A stretch of 63,115 nucleotides of DNA, counting the filler, from Octopus bimaculoides (taxonomy: Eukaryota), in assembly GCF_001194135.2 (NCBI RefSeq). It is 3 parts of 3 records of this genome, joined end to end, with 100 filler letters (N's around TTAATTAATTAA, not from the genome) between each part and the next. Parts side by side here need not be neighbours in the genome. Positions count along the whole stretch, not along the records: positions 1 to 31,163 come from NC_068982.1; 2 more parts are not named here. One strand, given 5' to 3'. The notes beneath the pieces were generated by a model. The model saw only the letters and a list, made by a program, of their open reading frames with translations. It did not search any database and had not been told where the DNA came from. Shown here piece after piece: positions 1 to 12,168 of the stretch (position 1 is its first letter; each line of letters starts with the position of its first letter). A program made the position numbers and the translations under genes.

Positions 1-59
1 ATATATACAAGTATACACACATATATGTACATACTTACATCTACATGTGTATATACATG

Positions 60-200
60 CATATCAGAGTACAGGACGTTAGAACAATAAACTACAGACA
101 ACGGAACGAACACATAGGAAACCGGAAAGCCACTTGGAATATCCCTTCATCAGCTGTCTCTATTCTATCTAGACGTTTCGAAGACAAAACATGGTGTTCT
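60..200 (-). repeat. Unclassified interspersed repeat, family A (copy 1)
   Basis: Shares GTACAGGACGTT..AACAA and CTTCATCAG..CGTTTCG motifs with copies at about 11990-12125, 43170-43400 and 58850-59045. Strand is arbitrary, set by the CTGATGAAG motif. Confidence 0.65.
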
Positions 201-535
201 CATATCAAGATTAACAGCGCATGACCTTTCAGGTAGAGTCCAGTTAGAATTTTCTTCAGGTCGAGTGCCTCATCCCGCTCCAAAGGTCTCTGAATAAGGG
301 TTGTTTAAGGATGTTGAATGAAACACCCATGTTTCCAAAGTTGAGATTATTCAAACCCCAAAGAATTCCTCTCAAAACGTAGCTATGATGTTCCCCCACT
401 ACTTCAGCTTCTGATCAGAGATGCACATATTGTCAGCCACCATGGGATATGCTCAACTGGTTAAGGTCAAGCAACTGACAAGCAGATCTGTGGTATTGAG
501 CAGAATATTTGCTGTAGCCAATCTTTTATATCAAG
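200..535. repeat. Unclassified interspersed repeat, family B (copy 1)
   Basis: The segment GTCAGCCAC..CAACTGACAAGCAGATCTGTGGTATTGAGCAGAATATTTGCTGTAGCC recurs at 3487-3665 and 56826-57080. Confidence 0.75.
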
Positions 536-542
536 ATTTATT

Positions 543-548
543 GTTGCT

Positions 549-634
<86 letters not shown>

Positions 635-659
635 TGTTGTTGTTGTTGTTTTTGTTGTT
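543..659. repeat. (GTA)n/(GTT)n microsatellite
   Basis: Read directly from the sequence; runs into an N gap. Confidence 0.95.
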
Positions 660-804
660 NNNNNNNNNNATTCTGTTTCCGTTTCTTGCCGTGTGTCTTC
701 CTCAGAGAAACGCACTGTATACATTGATAGGTCATTAAAATAAACACGAGAGAAAAGGGAGAACATAAAAAGGAAAACAAAGAAAATAAAGAGAGAAAAG
801 AGAA

Positions 805-2990
805 TATTATTATTATATTAAATGTTTGACTTTTGCTTTGTATTTGTGCAAATTGACTCCACGTTTGACCCCAGAAACCTCAAGAGACAAGTTAGAAGTT
901 CAAGTTAGTGTTATGCCTAGGGTGTCAAATATTTGGTTTTGCACAGAGTATTGTTCTAAGGAATGTTTAAGAAAATTATAAGTTAGTTTCAAAATTTGAG
1001 ATTACACATTATTTTACGTAGGATATGGGAAGTTCCCATAAGCACTATCTTTTGAATTTCTGCCATTTCGGAGTTTCATGGTATCTGAGCTAGGTAAGAA
1101 TCAGGCCCTTTTGCTATCATTTCTAGGGCACCTATGACAACAGGTATTATTTTAGACTTGAAGTTCCACATTTTGCAAAATTTCTATTTCAAGATCTTTA
1201 TACTTACTCAGATTTTGGTAGATCTTGACAGATACATTTTATGTCGATTGAGACAATCATATCAATGAAGAGGCATGATTTTTGTCTAAAGTCCTTCAAT
1301 ATAATGTCTGGCAAATTCGCATCTATCTTTCTGTCACTTTGAACGGTAAAGTTCCAGAGGATTGAGTTGTGGTCATTTTCAAGCACTGGAGGTGTTTTGT
1401 GTTCCCACCAGTTTTTATCATGGGGCAGGTCCAGGTTTTTTTCAAATTGCCCAGTGAATATACTGTGCTGCTCTATCATGCCTGTTGAGATACTCTGTAG
1501 GCGCAAGGAGATTGCACATGAAAACAACATAATCAATGGTTTCATTTTGTTGTTTACATACATGATATGTTGGGCTACAGCCGTTCTTTAATATGTTGGC
1601 CTGGTAGCCCCATGTTGGTAGACATTGATCTTGGGCTGCTATGATAAACCCTTCTGATTGTGATTCTAAGATAGGAGACGCAAACCATTGATGGGTAAGG
1701 GCTTTGTCAACATCGGCATTATTAGCTCTCTTTGGGTGTTTGCCATTGAGATTTTTTCTTGCCGTTTATCAGTAAGAATATCTAAGACAGCAGTTTAGCA
1801 CGGGTTTTCATACGCTTAGCTTTTTCTGTGCTTGTTTCCAGAACGTCTAATTCAGGGATTTGTTCTATTTGGAATTCCCTTAGATATTTCTTTGACTGTT
1901 TTGTTACTGAGTATGATGCTTTCTTGATTTCGTGCTGTAAGATAAGTGTTAACATCCAGTCTTCAGAGTCTTTCAGGTAAGTGTTTAGGCCATTAGTGAC
2001 AATCTCCATTGTTCATTCCAGTTGTAAAATTCCACGGCCACCCTCTTTTCTTGGCTAGTGAAGCTGTTCTATATTTGCCTTAGGATGGTGCATTCTATGC
2101 ATTGTCAACAATTTTCGTATTTTTCCGTCAACATTACATATTTCAGTAATTGACCAGTTAATGATATTGAAACTGCAAGTCAAGTCACGACTGATATGGC
2201 TAAAATATTGATCGCTTCGATCCTGTTTCTTGCAGTCAGCTCTGTCTTGAGTATTACAATTACTCTGCGATAACATTCTCTTCTGATTCTTTCCCTCATC
2301 ATTGAATGTTTGATTCCATCACCTTCAAATACCCCTAGATATTTGTAGCTCTCCGCTGGTTCTAAATCCTTTATGCCATTCTGCTGGTCAAGATTAACGT
2401 TGGACGTTTCTGTCATTTTGCCTTTGATAAAGGGAGCTTTTGCACATTTATCGAGGTCAAGTTGCATCCTGATGTCATCACTGAATTGTTTAACAATTGT
2501 TAGTAAGCCTCATAGTTGTTGGTCATTTTTTGCAAAGAGCTTTAAATCATCCATGTAAAAGAGATGATTTATATTTTTATCAAACGTTTCATAGCGATAT
2601 TGTACATCATCGAGCAATTTTGAGAGAGGGATTAAGACAAAAGAGCGGTGGTGATAGAGAGTCACCCTGGAAAATTCCACATGAAATTCTTACATCTCCA
2701 CCATTGAGAGATTCATTGTCGCTGTTCAAAGTCAGTGTGGTTCTCCGTGATCTCATACTTACAGAAAAGAAGCTTCGCAGAGTAGGTGCTATTTTATACA
2801 TTTCCAGACATTTCCTAATCCAGCTATGTGGTAGACTATCAAAAGCATTTTTATAGTCTATCCAGATTATCGACAAGTTTTTGTATCGTTTGTAATAATC
2901 TTCCACGATCATCGTATTGATGAGTAGCTGATCATTAGGGAATATGCCACGTTCTGTTAAAAGACTATAGGTATATTCAGTCAAGACAGA
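805..2990 (-). mobile_element. 5'-truncated, frameshifted R4/Dong-like non-LTR retrotransposon (RT plus RLE endonuclease) with (AAT)n 3' tail
   Basis: Minus-strand pieces in order: DQLLINTMIVED, WIDYKNAFDSLPHSWI, GIFQGDSLSP, YMDD (2546-2557), YKYLG, KEGGRG, WWEHKTPPVLEND..NLPDIILKD..IDM (RLE PD-(D/E)xK region), IPVVIGALEMIAK..IQKIVLMGTSHILRK. Then a 3'UTR and an AAT tail at about 805-820. The 5' end also abuts AAT/ATT repeats at about 2991-3070. Confidence 0.9.
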
Positions 2991-3486
2991 ATTATAATAA
3001 TAATAATAATTATTATTATTATTATTATTATAATTATTATTATTATCACCATCATCATCATTATTATTATNNNNNNNNNNNNNNNNNNNNNNNNNNNNNN
3101 NNNNNNNNNNNNNNNNNNNNNNNNNNNNNNNNNNNNNNNNNNNNNNNNNNNNNNNNNNNNNNNNNNNNNNNNNNNNNNNNNNNNNNNNNNNNNNNNNNNN
3201 NNNNNNNNNNNNNNNNNNNNNNNNNNNNNNNNNNNNNNNNNNNNNNNNNNNNNNNNNNNNNNNNNNNNNNNNNNNNNNNNNNNNNNNNNNNNNNNNNNNN
3301 NNNNNNNNNNNNNNNNNNNNNNNNNNNNNNNNNNNNNNNNNNNNNNNNNNNNNNNNNNNNNNNNNNNNNNNNNNNNNNNNNNNNNNNNNNNNNNNNNNNN
3401 NNNNNNNNNNNNNNNNNNNNNNNNNNNNNNNNNNNNNNNNNNNNNNNNNNNNNNNNNNNNNNNNNNNNNNNNNNNNNNNNNNNNNC

Positions 3487-3665
3487 ACAGATTGTCAGCC
3501 ATTAAGGGACATGCTTAATTGGATATGGTCAAATAACTGACAAGCAAATCTGCGGTACTGAGCAGAATATTTGCTGTAGCCCATCTTTTATACCAAGACA
3601 AATCAATGTACATGATAACACTTTCAATCAATTAAGATCAGAAGTCATGAGAGCTACTGCCTGTA
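3487..3665. repeat. Family B repeat (copy 2), followed by (TAG)n at about 3673-3737
   Basis: Aligns by eye to 425-535 and 56826-56940. Confidence 0.7.
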
Positions 3666-3672
3666 TTATCGC

Positions 3673-3737
<65 letters not shown>

Positions 3738-4621
3738 AATATATTTGCTTGCACTTTCCAAATGATGTGCTGTTTCCCTGATCTTCTTCAGCAGCAACAA
3801 CATCCATCGTTATTACTGCTTTTATCATTAATCTTTATTTTTTTTTTGTCACCTCACTGTCATCGTCACCATCAACTGATGTCATTGTTTTCATTGTCGA
3901 TATCATTGTCATTATCATTTGCATCATCGTTGTTATCAAATTTGCCATAGTCACAGTCAGATATAAAAGAACGTCACAAGTAAAATTGTGTGTACAATCC
4001 ATCGCTCATACACAAAGAGGCATGAAAGGCCAGAATCCACTCATCTTCAGTTTCGAATTTCAAAAGCTAATCCTCAAAAGAAAAGACGCCCGGATACAAA
4101 ACAAAAAATCAACAAGAAACAAAGCAAAAACGCAAATAAAAACCAGCATAAAAGAGTTAATCTGTTAGAAAAACAGAAATTCGTCTTTAATCTTCCACGA
4201 ATCAATCCAGTGACACGAAAGTAGCTTCTCTGAAGTAAGGTTAATCTATAGCTTCGGTTTATTGGCTCAAAGTATTAGCATTCAGTCATATTTCAATTTA
4301 AACAAAAGCTACGCCCGAGTAATTATTGTTCTTTATCCTCCGGCTCAGTCTTGATTCATCAGACTATAACGAATGTCGTTAAAACTGAAGCTATTCATCT
4401 TAAAAAAAACAAAAAAACTTGCTGTCTACCTAAGGATATCTCACCCAAACTATCCATCACGAGTTCTATTACTCTCTCATTTGGCTGTCATTTTCAGGCA
4501 TAATTCATAACTCCCTACAGGTTTGCACATTTTGGGAATCTGCATTTTACGATAAAAGAATGTTTTTAAAAGCAGTGAACAAATTTCGAAATTCACCTTT
4601 AAATATCCCTGTACCCGATAT

Positions 4622-4934
4622 ATTGTCATTGGCACTCCGTCGCTTACGACGACGAGGGTTCCAGTTGATCCGATCAACGGAACAGCCAGCTCGTGAAATT
4701 AACGTGCAAGTGGCTGAGCACTCCACAGATACGTGTACCCTTAACGTAGTTCTCGGGGATATTCAGTGTGACACAGTGTGACAAGGCTGACCATTTGAAT
4801 TACNNNNNNNNNNGGAGCCTCGTGGAGCTTTAGGTGTTTTCGCTCAATAAGCACTCACAACGCCCGGTCTGGGAATCGAAACCTCGATCCTATGACCGCG
4901 AGTCCGCTGCCCTAACCACTGGGCCATTGCGCAT
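4622..4934 (-). mobile_element. Near full-length tRNA-derived SINE with RTE-like 3' end
   Basis: Minus-strand A box TGGCCCAGTGG (4926-4916) and B box GGTTTCGATTCCC (4883-4871). The 3' end GAACCCTCGTCGTCGTAAGCGACGGAGTGCCAA resembles RTE-partnered SINE tails (from recall). Small N gap inside. Confidence 0.85.
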
Positions 4935-5456
4935 GTCTGCGCATGTCTGCGCATCATCAACCACGGCATACCCAGCCCTCCATTTAGCGGCTGTTGACAG
5001 CAAATGGATAGCCCATCCATCGGACCGCTTCCTTTCTACAAGAAGCGGAAGAGTATGCGTTCCAGTTTGGTGATGGTAGGGTCGAGACAAGGCACGACGG
5101 TCAGACGGTATTCGATGACGGATGCGATGTACGCGTTCGCCACCTTCACCCGACTTTTAGGGATAGCTTCCTCTCGGCCCATTGTGACAGTGGCCACCCT
5201 AGTCGTTATTTCGCCCCAGTTCTTCTCCATTTTGAGGTCCGGACCGAACCAGACTCCGAGCAATTTAACCGGCCTGTCGGTCCAGCGTCCCACAGTGGAG
5301 ACGCTGTTGGACGGCATGGGCTTGCTTCTCCAGGTGCCAAGCCGCGAGCCCAGTGACTTATCCCGGTTAATTTTTGCTCCCATTACCGCTTCGTATTCTT
5401 TTAGTGTCTCGCCGACCAGCTCGATGTGCTTTTGGCTCGACACTATGACGGTGATG

Positions 5457-5457
<1 letters not shown>
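4935..5457 (-). mobile_element. L1/Tx1-clade LINE RT C-terminal (thumb) fragment
   Basis: Translates ITVIVSSQKHIELVGETLKEYEAVMGAKINRDKS..VKLLGVWFG..YIASVIEYRLTVVP..KLERILFRFL*KGSG..QQPLNGGLGMPWLMMRRHA. This matches L1-type AKIN.KS, LG(V/I) and GGLG motifs. GC content is above the flanks. It starts at about the position just after the catalytic YxDD. Confidence 0.85.

Positions 5458-5515
<58 letters not shown>
5458..5515. repeat. (GATA)n microsatellite
   Basis: Read directly; abuts the 5' break of the L1-like fragment. Confidence 0.95.
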
Positions 5516-6114
5516 TCACCCTGTAACTCTTGCTAGTTTGTATTCTCTCAGCTTCTTCGGAACTATACGAGAATATATTTATTCAGGAAAGCATTTAAAT
5601 TTATAGAGGCACACATACACACATACATACATACATACATACATACATACATACATACATACATACATACATACATACATACATTTACGGATATTAGTTC
5701 TGCTATGGCAAAGCAGAAATGTAAGTAGGTGTGTGTGTGTGTGCGTGTATGTGTATGCTAAATAAATATATTTTGAAATACGTGTGTATATTTTTGAATG
5801 CGTAAACGTGGATATATGTGCGTGTTTGGGTATTAAATGAATGAGCGATTTTCTGATTTTCTTTGACTAAAGTGCATTTATAGCGTACAAGATATTCAAT
5901 CTCTTCGGAGAATACATTTTAAAAAGACAAAATTCATATATCATGCTACGTTGAACCCATTCTAAAGACATTAGTTTTAATAGGAGTGGCACCTTGGCTG
6001 CTCATAAAAGCTTAATGGGTATTTGAAAATCTGAATTAAGGCAAATATATGATGAATGTGTTGTTACTGTTGTTGCTTTTATAGTTTTATGTTGTTTTTC
6101 TCGTTGCTTATGTC

Positions 6115-8560
6115 ATTGTTGTTATTGGTTGGACTCGGATTGACTCCAAGTGAATAGACTTATGATCAGAGACGTTCCAGTTGTAGCAATCCTGTCTTTC
6201 TATGTTATGGAATAGCACCTTTTTTTAAAGATGATGATAGGATTTGAGAGAATTTAGTTGCTATTTTTAGCATGCTAAATGCAGTCACATAGAGGTCACT
6301 TCAGTGGCTCTGTTCAATTAAAAAGGCGTTGTTGTTGTTGTTGTTGTTTTTATGTTCTTATTGTCGTTGTTGTTGCTGTTGTTGCTGTTTTAACTCCGGG
6401 CCAATTCTGAATGAACAAATAAATAATCAAAAGCGTTCCAACCGTGTCTTTACATTTTGGATTGTGAACTTCATTTTTTTTTTAAGACGGCAGAATATGA
6501 TTTGAGAGATTTTACTTGCTATTTCTAGTCAGTGGAATGACCATGCAGAATATCCTACTTTGGCTCATTGTGCTTTTGCTGTTTTTGAGGTGATGGTGGT
6601 GGTGGTGGTGGTGGTGTTCGTCGTCGTCGTCGTCGTCGTCGTCGNNNNNNNNNNNNNNNNNNNNNNNNNNNNNNNNNNNNNNNNNNNNNNNNNNNNNNNN
6701 NNNNNNNNNNNNNNNNNNNNNNNNNNNNNNNNNNNNNNNNNNNNNNNNNNNNNNNNNNNNNNNNNNNNNNNNNNNNNNNNNNNNNNNNNNNNNNNNNNNN
6801 NNNNNNNNNNNNNGTGGTAGTGGGGGTGGTCGTAATCGTGGTGGTAGTGGGGGTGGTCGTAATCGTGGTGGTGGTGTTCATGGTGGTGGTGTTCGTGGTG
6901 GTGGTGGTGGTCGTGGTCGTGGTCTTGTGCGGTGCGGAGTGAGGCTGGGAACGTTCCTGTTATTTTTCTTGTTCTTCTTTTTTAGTCCCATGGCGTCTAT
7001 CGACACACAGACACCGTGTTCTAAATATGATCTGCTTAGGTCTACCAACATGTTCCAATGTTTTCATTCCTTTATAGAGGTGACCAGTTCGAAAATTGAC
7101 CCCTAAAAATTTCTTCCTCCGCTCACTTTCAAAGCTTTGTCATCATTGTTATTGTTGATGGTGTTGCCGTTGTTGCTGTCATTGTCGTCGTCATCGTTGT
7201 TGTTGTTGGTGTTGTTGTTGTTGCCGCCGCTCTCTTGTTTTTGTTGTTAAGTTTTATTGATTCTCGACCAAAGGCGTCTTTGCAATTTTGTATATCAGCT
7301 TCTACATTACCATCTCTTGTTTTGACAAATATCTAGGACGACGTAATTCAGAAATAAGACCGTAAAACGTAATTCGAGAGGGATTTAATTTCTATTTCTA
7401 GCAGGTCAAATGAGATACGTAGACGTTTTGACTCCACCTCCTCCATTTGAATGTTGCCACTAGAAATGGCATGAAGAAACCAGTATCACTAGTAATCTGT
7501 TCTATGTATGGTTAAACCATTTGTCTCTGGAACATTGGAACATAGCTAGTTTTTTTCTACATGCATTTCTGATTCTAAACAGTTCTCTAATCAATTATAA
7601 AATTACATAATTTTCAAGTGTATTGCTTCCAGAATTGTGTTTATTTCTTGTCGCCATAGTGAGCTATATAAATGTTCTTCGCTTCCCATGCACTGATATT
7701 AAAATAATGAAAACGTTAAGAAGGAAAATGAAAATCCAATGAAAAAATATTAGGAGCAAAACAATACAAACGGCGAAAAAGGCGATTAATCGGTTACATG
7801 AGAACGCAGTATGTAGAATAAGTTTTACGCTTAAAGGAAAAAATAAAGAAAATTTGTTCGACGTTTTGCACAGTAGCCCTTCGGCGGAAAAGTTGAAGGA
7901 AAGGGTTAAAAATTATAGGGAAAGAGAAAAGTAAATGTTTTATGCAACGTGTCACACAGGGAAAATAATGTTTTGGAAGACTGTGAATCACAAAATTTGT
8001 TTGCCAGTTGCTAAAAGACGGAAATGAAAAAATATTGATCATGTCACATGGGAGTATTGCAACTCACCTTAAGCAAATACAAGCCAGCTAGGAGCCTCTA
8101 CGCCATCGCTCTATCTGTTAGAACCACTGGAAATAACAGTCAAATTTCAGTTAAATCGCTTTCTACAGAGATGAAAAAGAAACATGAAACTTTGAATAAT
8201 ATATTCAAATACATACACCCACAAAGCAAACTATCTCTTGTTAAATACTTTTGTTCATAGCTTCAATAAGGTTTGACATGGGGCTGAATTGCAAAAACCT
8301 ATCGAATATGCTCATATTTAGATAGATCTCGTGTAAAAGGGGCATAGGAACACCGTAACATAAGTGTTTGATTAATACCAAGAAATGGACAGGGAGTAAA
8401 AAGGCTTCTGATGACAGGAAAAGATCAGAGACTAAAATATTTCTCTACTGCACACTTACAATCAGTATTTGTTTTTGTTACTGCTGCTTTAGCCCGAGGT
8501 CAACCGTGACTGCGAAAACCTATGATCAGAGACTTTCTAAGCATGCACATCTTGTTACAT
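6115..8560 (+). repeat. Cluster of four degenerate copies of a short unclassified repeat (family C): about 6115-6300, 6370-6545, 7250-7430 and 8470-8560
   Basis: Shared segments (A)CTTATGATCAGAGAC (6159, 8519) and GATTTGAGAGA..TTGCTATTT(C/T)TAG (6241, 6499, 7375), each copy preceded by GTT/GCT repeats. Confidence 0.55.
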
Positions 8561-8811
8561 TAGTCATTGTGACCTTCGATTTTTCAAGATGGTACAGCTA
8601 ATATTATTTGAAGGTGTTTAGACAAAATACTCCTTGTAAGTCAACGTATCCTAAGCTAGTTATGTTGTTAGATTAAATAATTTGGTTATAAAAATTGATT
8701 TTATGCTATTCTCTGTAAATTTTGGGTCCCAAGCGAACGAGGAAACCTATACATGGATCACAACCTGCTAGAAATAGCAGTCGACTTTGTGCCACTCCCT
8801 ACTATACAGGG

Positions 8812-9088
8812 TGTTGTGTCGACGCCCCCAGGCGAAGAAGTAGGATCTCCCAAGACATATAAATAGAGGTAGTCTGGCCGTGGTAGGTATGTTGAGTAGC
8901 AGTTGAGTAGCAGTTGTGTAGCAGTTGAGTAGAGATCATCCGAAAGTGCTAGACAGCAGTAGCGTTGAGACATAACAGTGGCGATGAGGATTTCGTAGCT
9001 CACACAACCACTGTGTAGTATTGAGACATAACAGTGGCGACGAGGATTCGCAGCTCACACAACCAATGTGTAGTATTGCGATATAACA
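8812..9088 (+). mobile_element. LTR-retrotransposon-derived mini-element (TG..CA) with two internal primer-binding sites
   Basis: Termini TGTTGTGTCG / CGATATAACA are inverted at 8/10 positions. Flanks CAGGG (8807-8811) and CAGGA (9089-9093) form a 5-bp TSD with one mismatch. TATA-like ATATAAATAG at about 8857. PBS-like TGGCGATGAGGAT (8979-8991) and TGGCGACGAGGAT (9035-9047) each follow ..CATAACA-G. Confidence 0.7.
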
Positions 9089-9249
9089 CAGGAAAAGGAT
9101 AAATCGGCTAATGTAGTCCATGTTCTTAAAGGATTTGGTTGCACTCCTAAATTCGTGTAAATCCTTTTTTCACGCAGGGATAATATCTAAAATTCTTGAG
9201 AGAGGATATAAATCTGAACACTTCAGTGTGAAAATTACCAGATAGAGCT

Positions 9250-10230
9250 GAATGTTATAAAATCTTCCTCTTTTGATGTTATGATACAGTTACACAGAAT
9301 GATCGAAAGGGAAATGTCAGTTACTATCAACTTCCGATTCATTTGATGATGAAACTTTTTAAGCATCGAAAGGCTTTAGGCAACCACCAAGCTCAAATCT
9401 GGACAAATCACTGAGATTTAGAATGCTGAAGACATACTGTACTCTAATAGTTCAATTTCCTGGTGCCTCCACACGATGATTTCATCATCCATAAAAGAAA
9501 AACATAATTTTTTTATTGATACACATCACCACGTCCAACTTTTCTACTCTTTTCACAGTACAAAAGCACCAGCTAACTCCATTCTTTTTAAATAAAATTT
9601 TCGGCAGCATAATTTCTAATAACTACAAACTGGATGATGGAGTTTTAAACCACCTCAGACATGTCTCTGTATCCTTTGGTAGACTAAGGAAGATAGACTT
9701 TACAAAGAACAATTTCAGCTTTTATAACAAGATCCTCGCTTACTGGGTAGTCTGAATTTCCGTTCTGTTCTTTGGGTGGAAGTTATGGACCACATATCGC
9801 CGACATATGAAGATTCAAAATGCTTTTAGCATCCATTAATTCTAAATATTATCTGTCATATGGTGAGATAAGATTAAGAACAAAGAAATCTTCGAAAGAA
9901 ATCTTCCGTCGAATCTTCACCAGCAGCATTGAATCCACACGGCATTAACCCATCACTAGAAGTGTTGAACACAAGCATCAACTGAGATAAATGAAATACG
10001 AAGTGCGCATACTTCATGAACCACTTCATCTATGTGATCTTCTGCAGTCTGTTACACCATGGTAGTCCAAATAAGTGGTTCAAAATCCAGTTTGAAAATG
10101 AGCAACACCAACATGTTGGTGGCTTGACTCACAGTTGAAGGGATATTGAAAATATGGAAAAACAAATGCTCCCGAAAAGCCAGAAGCTACAGAAAATGCA
10201 GAATGACATCTGGTCTCTGCAAATAAACAT
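9250..10230 (+). mobile_element. Decayed RTE (BovB-like) LINE 3' half
   Basis: FGSIISNNYKLDDGVLNHLRHVSVSFGRLRK..KILAYWVV*ISVLFFGWKLWTTYRRHMK resembles the RTE consensus YLGS.IS..FGRL..TK..Y..VL..LL.G.E.WT.YRRH. Upstream ATTKLKSGQITEI*NAEDI is a decayed (L/Y)ADD region; downstream KWFKIQFEN. Confidence 0.8.
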
Positions 10231-11719
10231 CACCGTACCTCGCCTACGAATGATCGACCCAGCGGTACAGTCGTCAAAAGGGGTGGATAGTTATTATCCT
10301 ATTCAACAGATAACTGTAAGCAAGCTTGTTTGTGCTTCATGTGTTTTTATTTTTATTCGTGGTTTGACGGCGACGGTGTTAGAATCCTACTGAAAGTAAT
10401 TAAAAATCTATTTAAAAACCCTTCATTTTGCTACCATCTTGGTTGTCACTGCAACAAAAAAAGCAAAATATAAAATGCAACATATTTTAGTATATTTTAA
10501 AATTATAATTTATTTATGATCTTTTAAGTTTTTTAAGTTTTTTCTTTTTACTATTTTATTTCTTATATTTATTCATTTTCTATCTGTTTCTTCCATATGA
10601 ATAATGAAATATCATTGGAGTCGTTTTACAGTGATTTCAAACAGAATTATCCAAACACTTATTCATATAAATAGTTTACTGCGAGAAGTAATTCGACTCT
10701 TCTTTATCGCTGTTGTNNNNNNNNNNNNNNNNNNNNNNNNNNNNNNNNNNNNNNNNNNNNNNNNNNNNNNNNNNNNNNNNNNNNNNNNNNNNNNNNNNNN
10801 NNNNNNNNNNNNNNNNNNNNNNNNNNNNNNNNNNNNNNNNNNNNNNNNNNNNNNNNNNNNNNNNNNNNNNNNNNNNNNNNNNNNNNNNNNNNNNNNNNNN
10901 NNNNNNNNNNNNNNNNNNNNNNNNNNNNNNNNNNNNNNNNNNNNNNNNNNNNNNNNNNNNNNNNNNNNNNNNNNNNNNNNNNNNNNNNNNNNNNNNNNNN
11001 NNNNNNNNNNNNNNNNNNNNNNNNNNNNNNNNNNNNNNNNNNNNNNNNNNNNNNNNNNNNNNNNNNNNNNNNNNNNNNNNNNNNNNNNNNNNNNNNNNNN
11101 NNNNNNNNNNNNNNNNNNNNNNNNNNNNNNNNNNNNNNNNNNNNNNNNNNNNNNNNNNNNNNNNNNNNNNNNNNNNNNNNNNNNNNNNNNNNNNNNNNNN
11201 NNNNNNNNNNNNNNNNNNNNNNNNNNNNNNNNNNNNNNNNNNNNNNNNNNNNNNNNNNNNNNNNNNNNNNNNNNNNNNNNNNNNNNNNNNNNNNNNNNNN
11301 NNNNNNNNNNNNNNNNNNNNNNNNNNNNNNNNNNNNNNNNNNNNNNNNNNNNNNNNNNNNNNNNNNNNNNNNNNNNNNNNNNNNNNNNNNNNNNNNNNNN
11401 NNNNNNNNNNNNNNNNNNNNNNNNNNNNNNNNNNNNNNNNNNNNNNNNNNNNNNNNNNNNNNNNNNNNNNNNNNNNNNNNNNNNNNNNNNNNNNNNNNNN
11501 NNNNNNNNNNNNNNNNNNNNNNNNNNNNNNNNNNNNNNNNNNNNNNNNNNNNNNNNNNNNNNNNNNNNNNNNNNNNNNNNNNNNNNNNNNNNNNNNNNNN
11601 NNNNNNNNNNNNNNNNNNNNNNNNNNNNNNNNNNNNNNNNNNNNNNNNNNNNNNNNNNNNNNNNNNNNNTATATATATATATATATATATATATATCATA
11701 TTTATGACTATATAATTTC

Positions 11720-11815
11720 TTTTATTCTTTTTATTCTTTTAACTGTTTCAGTCATTTTGACTGCTGCCATGCTGGAGCACCGCCTTTTAGTCGAACAAAT
11801 CACCCTCAAGACTTT
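11720..11815 (-). mobile_element. SINE 3' end fragment
   Basis: TTTCAGTCATTTTGACTGCTGCCATGCTGGAGCACCGC matches the end of the full copy at 27838-27880. Confidence 0.65.
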
Positions 11816-11916
11816 TGTCGAACTCCGCTAATGGACGTAAACACACGTGCATCAGTTGTCAAGCGATGTTGGGGTGGGGATGGCAACCACAGACACACAA
11901 ACATACATGCACACAC

Positions 11917-11951
<35 letters not shown>

Positions 11952-11989
11952 TATAATACAAGTAATATGTGAGTATATGCATATATACG

Positions 11990-12125
11990 TACATGTATGT
12001 ACATACCTGCATCTACATGTATATATAGATGTATATCTGGGTACAAGACGTTACAAACAAGCGCGGACAAAAGGAAAAACGGTGGAGGAATGTAGATTAT
12101 AGGTGAGCAACGAGAGACAGGGCGG
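11990..12125 (-). repeat. Family A repeat (partial)
   Basis: CATCTACATGTATATATAGATGTATATCTGGGTACAAGACGTTACAAACAA matches copies at about 40-90 and 43215-43250. Confidence 0.6.
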
Positions 12126-12128
12126 AAG

Positions 12129-12168
<40 letters not shown>

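Noticed and set aside
6814-6880. 27-bp tandem duplication in a GGT/CGT tract (also a 14-bp duplication at about 38577-38605)
   Set aside because: Ordinary slippage products within or near low-complexity DNA.
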